Source: Candidatus Parcubacteria bacterium
Lineage (GTDB): Bacteria; Patescibacteriota; Minisyncoccia; UBA6257; HR35
Length of the DNA stretch: 64,000 nucleotides
Assembly: GCA_025999335.1 (NCBI GenBank)
Contig: AP024681.1
Location: forward strand, 322,565 to 386,564
Direction: 5' to 3'
The notes beneath the pieces were generated by a model. It had not been told where the DNA came from and ran no database searches. It was given only the letters and a program-made list of their open reading frames with translations. Positions 58,595-64,000 of this stretch are shown piece after piece (position 1 is the stretch's first letter; each line of letters opens with the position of its first letter). A program made the position numbers and the translations under genes.

Positions 58595-58694
58595 AAATTT
58601 TTTTATAAAATGTGTTATAATTAAAATGGAAGTATAAAGCAAATAACACTGGTCGTTATTAAATAATTAATTTTTAAAAACTTCTCTTTTAAAA

Positions 58695-59126
58695 ATGACT
58701 TATCTTAGTCGTCAAAATAAAGCAAAAAAAATTATTTTCGTGTTATTTTTCTTAGGATTATTATCTTTAGCGACTTTCAAATTTGTTTATGCTCAGACTG
58801 GTGGTACTGGTGGCACAGGGGGTACGGCTACTGGTCCTTTTGATATAGTGCCGTCCGGTGTGCCTACCACTATATGTGGCGAGAGGGACAATCTTTTAGT
58901 ATGCGGTGGTAAATGGGCAACAACTATTTTAAGATATTTAATTTTCATTGCCGTAGCTTTTTCTGTAATAATGATTGCTTATGCTGGCGTAGAATATATA
59001 CTATTTGGTGGTGGAGACGGAGCTAAAAATGCTAAAAATAGAATTATATACGCTATTGTTGGATTAGTTATTGCTTTTATAGCTTTTGTGGCCGTTAGAA
59101 TGATAGTCAATACTCTTACTTCATAA
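58695..59126 (+). CDS. VirB2/TrbC-topology pilin-like small membrane protein 4
   Basis: 143 aa. It has a signal peptide (..FVYAQT), a TGG repeat and a Cys pair (ICGERDNLLVCG). Helix 1, the loop GGGDGAKNAKNR and helix 2 follow. Confidence 0.65.
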   Translation: MTYLSRQNKAKKIIFVLFFLGLLSLATFKFVYAQTGGTGGTGGTATGPFDIVPSGVPTTICGERDNLLVCGGKWATTILRYLIFIAVAFSVIMIAYAGVEYILFGGGDGAKNAKNRIIYAIVGLVIAFIAFVAVRMIVNTLTS

Positions 59127-59256
59127 AATCCATAATTATTCATAAAAGATTTAGAGTATATAAGTTATTTAAAATTAAAAATTTATACCTTGATCTGAAG
59201 AAATTATGGTGAATTTTTAGTTATTTAAGGTTAAAGTTATATAAATACGTTAGTTT

Positions 59257-60342
59257 ATGAATTTTCTTAATAAAAAAAAATTCCATAAAATTTTACTCAC
59301 CAGCGTTTTAATATTTATGGTCTTATTTGTTGATTTGTTTAATGTTTTTTCTTTTGCAGGTTTGATTAATATATCTAGGGCAACTAGTCATGGAAGCAGT
59401 GGTAGCGGTGGTGTAGGAGTTGGTGGATCATTGCCAGACGTTATTCAAGTATTGCCTACGCCGCCTCTTTTAAATTGTCCTGCTTATCTTACAGACTCAA
59501 TGTGGGTTAATATTTTTGGAGAGAATAGATTTGGAGGTAGAGAAATTAATATATCGAATAGCGGTCAGTTTATGGTTTGTTTTCTTTTTATTGCAACTCA
59601 AGTTTTATCTTCTTTGGCTTGGATAGCCATTGTTTTTTCGGTTTTAGCTATAACTTATTATGGTATTTTGTATATTGTTAAACCGAGCACTTCTTCTAAT
59701 ACTACTAAAAACATTACTTGGGCTGTTTGGGGCTTAATTGTTTCTTTATCAGCATTTACTTTAGTACAGTTAATTCGTTGGAGCTTTTTTTCCTTTAATC
59801 CTAATTTAGACAATATAGCTAATTTATCTTTTTATTGGTTTATTAATAAGTTTCAATTTATAAATATTGCACAAGCTTATGTTGAAAGTGGTGTAGTTCA
59901 AAATAATAATTTATCCTTTGGTTATTTAGGAGAAAAATTAATCTCGGGTTTAGGTTTGCCTATGTTAGTGTCATTGTTAGCATTAACAAGTTTACCTGAA
60001 TTATTAGGGTTGCCTGACTGGATAGGCGAGCTTCATAATCTTCGTTTGAGTTTTTGTCCTGATTTGCCAAATGTTTTGTCTCCGGGTTCTATAGTTCCTC
60101 CTGATACTTGGACAGAATGCGCTTTTTCTTTTGTTTATATGCTTATATATTTATTATCTTGGTTGGCTTTGGTTTTATCAGTAATTTTTATAAGTTGGTT
60201 TGGCATTTTGTATATTATTCAACCATCAGAAGCTCAAAAAACGCATAGTCGCTTAAAATATGCTTTTATAGGTTTGATTGTCTCATTATCAGCTATTATG
60301 ATTATTAATTTAATATCAATGTTGTTTGTAGATTTATTCTAA
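59257..60342 (+). CDS. pilin-like protein with two tandem two-helix modules
   Basis: 361 aa with a signal anchor and a Gly/Ser-rich stretch. Two copies of the module are present (..LAWIAIVFSVLAITYYGILYIVKPS.. and ..LSWLALVLSVIFISWFGILYIIQPS..). Confidence 0.6.
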   Translation: MNFLNKKKFHKILLTSVLIFMVLFVDLFNVFSFAGLINISRATSHGSSGSGGVGVGGSLPDVIQVLPTPPLLNCPAYLTDSMWVNIFGENRFGGREINISNSGQFMVCFLFIATQVLSSLAWIAIVFSVLAITYYGILYIVKPSTSSNTTKNITWAVWGLIVSLSAFTLVQLIRWSFFSFNPNLDNIANLSFYWFINKFQFINIAQAYVESGVVQNNNLSFGYLGEKLISGLGLPMLVSLLALTSLPELLGLPDWIGELHNLRLSFCPDLPNVLSPGSIVPPDTWTECAFSFVYMLIYLLSWLALVLSVIFISWFGILYIIQPSEAQKTHSRLKYAFIGLIVSLSAIMIINLISMLFVDLF

Positions 60343-60360
60343 AGATTATTTTCTAATAAG

Positions 60361-60618
60361 ATGCCTCCTGGCCCAATTGATAACATAATTCATCCTACTT
60401 TAACTTTAGCGTTATCAAATACCATTAATTGGTTCTTTCAGTTTACTGTGTATATAGCTATTATTGTTTTAATTTATCTAGGTATTTTATATATTACTAA
60501 CAAAGAAGAAGGCATTAAAAAAACTCATAGTTGGTTGGGCTATTTAGCTATAGGTATTCTTATTGTTTTTTTATCGCGAATTTTAATCCAAGCAGTATAT
60601 TTGTTGTTAGTGGGATAA
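60361..60618 (+). CDS. pilin-like two-helix miniprotein (no signal peptide)
   Basis: 85 aa. It shares the GILYI...KKTHS.L.Y..IG..IV core with the modules of the preceding gene. Confidence 0.5.
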   Translation: MPPGPIDNIIHPTLTLALSNTINWFFQFTVYIAIIVLIYLGILYITNKEEGIKKTHSWLGYLAIGILIVFLSRILIQAVYLLLVG

Positions 60619-60648
60619 ATAGATTATAATAATATTAAAAATTTAAAA

Positions 60649-60732
60649 GCGCGGGTGGCGGAATTGGTAGACGCACAGCCTTGAGGTGGCTGCGAGATTA
60701 TTCTCGTGGAGGTTCGAGTCCTCTCCCGCGCA
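60649..60732 (+). tRNA. tRNA-Leu (anticodon GAG), long variable arm
   Basis: Acceptor GCGCGGG/CCCGCGC, D region TGGCGGAATTGGTAGACGC, anticodon loop TTGAGGT, T-loop GGTTCGAGTCC. Confidence 0.85.
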
Positions 60733-62110
60733 CTTTTTTAATTAGAGCCATCATCTTTTTTTCAATTAGTTTTAACTTGGATTTATTAATAGCTTCTAAA
60801 TATGCTTTGATATTAGGAGAAGTGTTTGATTGGCGTATTAAAAACCAACCATAAGGGAAGTAAATTTTGATTCCATCGATTATTTTAAATTTTTTAAATA
60901 ATTTTTTAGCAAAAGAAGTTATAGTTTTAACGAATTGATTTTTTTTATTGTCATCGTAATACCAGGTTATTTCTTTGTAGGGATATGTTTTTAAGTCATT
61001 GATGAGCATAGACAAAGGTTTTTTTTCTTTAATAAGTATTTCGCCAATTTTTAAAGGCACTAACAAAGCGTCGTCAAAGATAAAGTATTGAGGCATAACA
61101 ATATGACTTGATTGTTCAACTCCTAAAATAGCTTTGTATTTTTTGCATGCGGGAATAACAGAATTATGCCCAACAGGAACTTCTTTAATATTAATATTTT
61201 TTTGAATTTTTAAATTATTCTCTAAAGCCATTGAAACAGCAACCGTTTTAACAATAATTAATTTTTGTTGTGTTTGTTGATGTTCGTTTATTAAAAATTT
61301 AGCTAATAGACTGCCTATTTCATTGCCATTTAAATATCTACCTTGGTCATCGATAATAATAGCTCTATCGCCATCACCGTCAAAAGCAACGCCAAAATGC
61401 GCTTTTGTTTGTTGTACTATTTTTTTTAATTTTGTTGTTGCTTCCAAGGTTGGCTCGCTAGCTCTTCGTTTGCCAAAAATTTTATAATTACAATGAATTT
61501 TTTTAACCCAGAAGCCCAATTTTTTAAAAACTAAAGGGGCTATAATTGAAGTAGCTCCGTCAGCGCAATCAACAACTATCTTTAGGTTATTATTTTTTAA
61601 CAAAGGAAAATGTTTTTTAAAGAAATTTATATATTTTTGACTGAAGTTAACTTTAACAATACTTTGTTTTTGTTTAGGCGCTATTAATTGTTTATTCTTT
61701 AATTTTTTAATGGCTTGTTTAATGTTTTTAATGTCTTTTGACTTAAAAGGTTCGCCATCGCCATAATGTATTTTTAATCCATTCCAATGAGGTTCTAAGT
61801 GAGAAGCGGTAATAAAAATAATTTTATTGCTTTTTAATTGCCAACCCGTAAAAACACATAAGCCAATAGAGCTGATGTCTGTATAAAAAACTTTTGCTTT
61901 TTTAGCGCTCAAACCTTTTATTAAATATTTAGCTAACTGGCGACTGTGACGGCGATTATCGCTGCCAACCGTTATTCTTTCATTTTGTTTAGCAATAGCG
62001 TAGCCAAGTTGAAAAAAAGTATCTTCGTTAAAGTCTTTACCATACACTCCTCTAATATCATAACGGCGAAAAATGTTGTTATTAATTTGCACAGATTTTT
62101 GGTTATTCAT
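60698..62110 (-). CDS. phosphomannomutase/phosphoglucomutase family protein
   Basis: 470 aa. Carries the phosphoserine loop ITASHLEPHWNGLK and the Mg site FDGDGDR. The last ~12 codons are antisense to tRNA-Leu. Confidence 0.85.
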   Translation of the reverse strand: MNNQKSVQINNNIFRRYDIRGVYGKDFNEDTFFQLGYAIAKQNERITVGSDNRRHSRQLAKYLIKGLSAKKAKVFYTDISSIGLCVFTGWQLKSNKIIFITASHLEPHWNGLKIHYGDGEPFKSKDIKNIKQAIKKLKNKQLIAPKQKQSIVKVNFSQKYINFFKKHFPLLKNNNLKIVVDCADGATSIIAPLVFKKLGFWVKKIHCNYKIFGKRRASEPTLEATTKLKKIVQQTKAHFGVAFDGDGDRAIIIDDQGRYLNGNEIGSLLAKFLINEHQQTQQKLIIVKTVAVSMALENNLKIQKNINIKEVPVGHNSVIPACKKYKAILGVEQSSHIVMPQYFIFDDALLVPLKIGEILIKEKKPLSMLINDLKTYPYKEITWYYDDNKKNQFVKTITSFAKKLFKKFKIIDGIKIYFPYGWFLIRQSNTSPNIKAYLEAINKSKLKLIEKKMMALIKKVRGRGLEPPRE

Positions 62111-62147
62111 ATAGAAATTATAAAAAATTTTTTGTAAAATATTTAAA

Positions 62148-63134
62148 ATGACAAGAAAAAATTTTTTTCCTCAGAAAGTGAAAGCTTTTAATGTCCAAAG
62201 AAAGAGAAATGTTTTGCAAATCATTGAAGCGATGAAACAAACAGCTTTTCAAGGAAGAAGATTAGCTCAAGTTGTTGATGTTTGGTCAAAGATGGTGTCT
62301 GATAAAAAGGTGACTATTTTTTTAGGCTACGCTGGTTCTTTAAGCACAGCTGGGCAATGGCGTGGTATATGTTGGTTGATTGAAAATGGATTTGTTGATG
62401 TTATCGTTGCTACTGGCGCTAATCTGTCTGAAGATATCGTTGAAGCTATGGGTAAGAGTTACTATCAAATTAATGGCAATTTTGATGATGAATGGTTGCT
62501 AAAAAATAACTGCAATAGGTATTACGATATTTACGGTAAAGAAAAAGATTATATGCAGATGACAGAATTAATTGCTGATTTTATTCTGACTTTGGAAAAT
62601 AATCATCCTTTTTTTTGTCCGGCAATAATCGATAGTCCTTATGGCGACGCTGGCTTAATTGCTAAAAGCAAAGGTTTTAATTTGATTATTGATTCTATGA
62701 AAGATTATATTGAATTTATGAGTTTAGCCAAGGAGATAAAAGAAACAGGAGTTATCTATTTAGGCGGCGGCGTACCTAAAGATTTTATTCAACTTTTAGC
62801 TGTCACCGCTAATTTACTTTATGACAACAGAGAAGTTCCTAATAAAAAAGTGAAAATTAAAAGAATAATTGACAAAGAGATTAAAGAAAGTTATTACCCT
62901 CATAAATACGCTATTCAAATTACAACTGACGCGCCTCAGTGGGGAGGCCTGTCTGGTTGTACTTTTGAAGAAGCGATAAGTTGGGGTAAAATTGATAGTA
63001 GAGGAAATTTTGTTCAATGTTATTGTGATGTTACCATTGCTTTGCCGATTATCTTGCATGCATTATCTTTAAAAGTAAATAAAAAAAGAAAACGTACTTT
63101 GTTTAATTTTTATGGGCCTGTAGCTCAGTGGTAG
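62148..63134 (+). CDS. deoxyhypusine synthase-like (DHS family) protein
   Basis: 328 aa. Carries ..GYAGSLSTAGQ..I..LIENGFVDVIVATGANL.ED, P.IIDS..GD and YLGGGVPKDF, matching the DHS family pattern. The last 21 nt overlap tRNA-Ala. Confidence 0.75.
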   Translation: MTRKNFFPQKVKAFNVQRKRNVLQIIEAMKQTAFQGRRLAQVVDVWSKMVSDKKVTIFLGYAGSLSTAGQWRGICWLIENGFVDVIVATGANLSEDIVEAMGKSYYQINGNFDDEWLLKNNCNRYYDIYGKEKDYMQMTELIADFILTLENNHPFFCPAIIDSPYGDAGLIAKSKGFNLIIDSMKDYIEFMSLAKEIKETGVIYLGGGVPKDFIQLLAVTANLLYDNREVPNKKVKIKRIIDKEIKESYYPHKYAIQITTDAPQWGGLSGCTFEEAISWGKIDSRGNFVQCYCDVTIALPIILHALSLKVNKKRKRTLFNFYGPVAQW

Positions 63135-63185
63135 AGCACTGCTATGGCATGGCAGGGGTCAGGGGTTCAAATCCCCTCAGGTCCA
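63114..63185 (+). tRNA. tRNA-Ala (anticodon GGC)
   Basis: Acceptor GGGCCTG/CAGGTCC includes the G3:U70 alanine identity pair. Anticodon loop ATGGCAT, T-loop GGTTCAAATCC. Confidence 0.9.
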
Positions 63186-63217
63186 CAGGTATTGCTTTAT
63201 TCATTTTATTTAGCGAG

Positions 63218-63260
63218 ATAACTTTTTGTTTTTTAACTGATTCGTCAAAGTTATTTTTTT
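63218..63260 (+). terminator. candidate terminator after tRNA-Ala
   Basis: ATAACTTT (63218-63225) pairs with AAAGTTAT (63247-63254), followed by a T-run to 63260. The 21-nt loop weakens the call. Confidence 0.3.
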
Positions 63261-63311
63261 GATGGTCGTTTTAATTTAAGGTTTTAACAATCAATAAAAA
63301 TTAATATTATT

Positions 63312-63620
63312 ATGCAAATTAAAATAAGCTATTTATCAAGAAATATCAAGCCAACTCCGTTGTTTATTAATTTTGTCAACGAAAAAATAGCGAAATTGCA
63401 AAAAATTCTTGAAAAACATTTTGACGAAGCTGTTTTAGAATTAGAATTGTTTAAGCTCAAAGAATTAAAATCAGACAAAGGTACGATAAAAGTAAAAATA
63501 ATTTTAGATCTAAAAAGAAAAAAATTATTATCCGTCGAAGCTGAGTCTAGATCGTTGACCGTTGCCACTAATAAAGCCTTTAAAGAATTAACAAGACAAT
63601 TAGAAAAATATATTGTCTAA
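63312..63620 (+). CDS. hpf: ribosome hibernation factor (HPF/RaiA family), short form
   Basis: 102 aa. Starts MQIKIS... with ..I..KI.KL.K......v.l... and ends ..A...AF..L.RQL.KY, the family pattern. Confidence 0.6.
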   Translation: MQIKISYLSRNIKPTPLFINFVNEKIAKLQKILEKHFDEAVLELELFKLKELKSDKGTIKVKIILDLKRKKLLSVEAESRSLTVATNKAFKELTRQLEKYIV

Positions 63621-63658
63621 TCATTAGTTAAAATTCTTATTATTCGATTAATATTTAA

Positions 63659-64000
63659 TTAATAATCAGCTTGAATATAAAACCTTCCTCCGCTATTATG
63701 GATAACTCCTTTTATTTCTAAGTGAGTTAAAAGCGAAAGAATTTCATCAATACTTAAATTTATATTTTGATTTAAATCGTTGAAAGTATTTTTACCTTGT
63801 TTAATCGCTTCGATAATGATTTTTTCTTTTTCGCTAAGTTTTAAATTTTTTATTTTTAATGGCATTATAAAATCAAATTCTTTAAGAATATCATTAATGT
63901 CGATAACTAATTTCGCTCCTTTTTGAATTAGTCGCAAACAGCCTTCATAATTTTTATTATAAATACTATCTGGTATAGCAAATATTTCTTTACCGTATTC
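63659..64000 (-). CDS. dprA: DNA-processing protein DprA, C-terminal part (5' end outside the window)
   Basis: The minus frame stays open to nt 64000. The translation reads ..KEIFAIPDSIYNKNYEGCLRLIQKGAKLV.. and is followed by the C-terminal winged-helix domain (..LS.DEILSLLT.LE.KG.I). Confidence 0.75.
   Translation of the reverse strand, partial: EYGKEIFAIPDSIYNKNYEGCLRLIQKGAKLVIDINDILKEFDFIMPLKIKNLKLSEKEKIIIEAIKQGKNTFNDLNQNINLSIDEILSLLTHLEIKGVIHNSGGRFYIQADY

Noticed and set aside
1-64000. Possibility of a recoded genome (UGA as Gly or Trp, as in some CPR/Gracilibacteria or Mollicutes)
   Set aside because: TGA closes genes at the ATGA junctions near 53069 and 56146 and at 25401. The ORFs are full-length under the standard code.
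1-64000. CRISPR arrays, rRNA operons, IS elements, integrases or prophage blocks
   Set aside because: I found no spaced direct-repeat arrays, no rRNA-like conserved stretches and no transposase-, integrase- or phage-like translations. The only notable repeat is the 69-nt duplication in the Cys-rich paralogs.

Overview
This is an AT-rich, tightly packed bacterial chromosome segment with about 60 protein genes, 9 tRNAs and an RNase P RNA. The standard genetic code applies, because TGA ends genes at the ATGA overlaps near 53069 and 56146 and at 25401. The dnaA-dnaN origin region, a shortened ValRS, many tiny membrane proteins, a 2410-aa surface protein, T4SS-pilin-like miniproteins and the lack of obvious Shine-Dalgarno sequences suggest a small-genome Patescibacteria/CPR-type organism (inference only). 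Housekeeping genes recognised are comM (partial), pgk, rnhA, dnaA, dnaN, a class A PBP, a PilB/GspE ATPase, rnpB, yebC, tsaE, polA, a histidine kinase, valS, a PrsW-like protease, hsp20, leuS, yraN, an FtsB-like protein, an SPFH protein, an LCP protein, murE, an S2P protease, ftsH, an S1 protein, gyrA, a methyltransferase, PMM/PGM, a DHS-like protein, hpf and dprA (partial). The stand-out is a minus-strand TOMM-type set at 37251-41747: a SagC-like C-protein, a YcaO and a SagB dehydrogenase. Its only plausible substrates are two tandem 4-TM membrane proteins whose near-identical N-termini carry a streptolysin-S-like poly-Cys patch. I do not know this architecture from described TOMMs. Other accessory items are six tandem VirB2/TrbC-like pilin miniproteins (57312-60618), two tandem paralogs of unknown function (26743-29278), a hyperacidic 65-aa protein, a SET-domain protein, a membrane-anchored Clp/Hsp100 with a degenerate first ATPase domain, an EndoQ-like PHP protein, and CDS/tRNA overlaps. 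I saw no CRISPR array, rRNA, transposase, integrase or prophage signature. All calls rest on reading the ORF translations and the sequence by eye. No searches were run.
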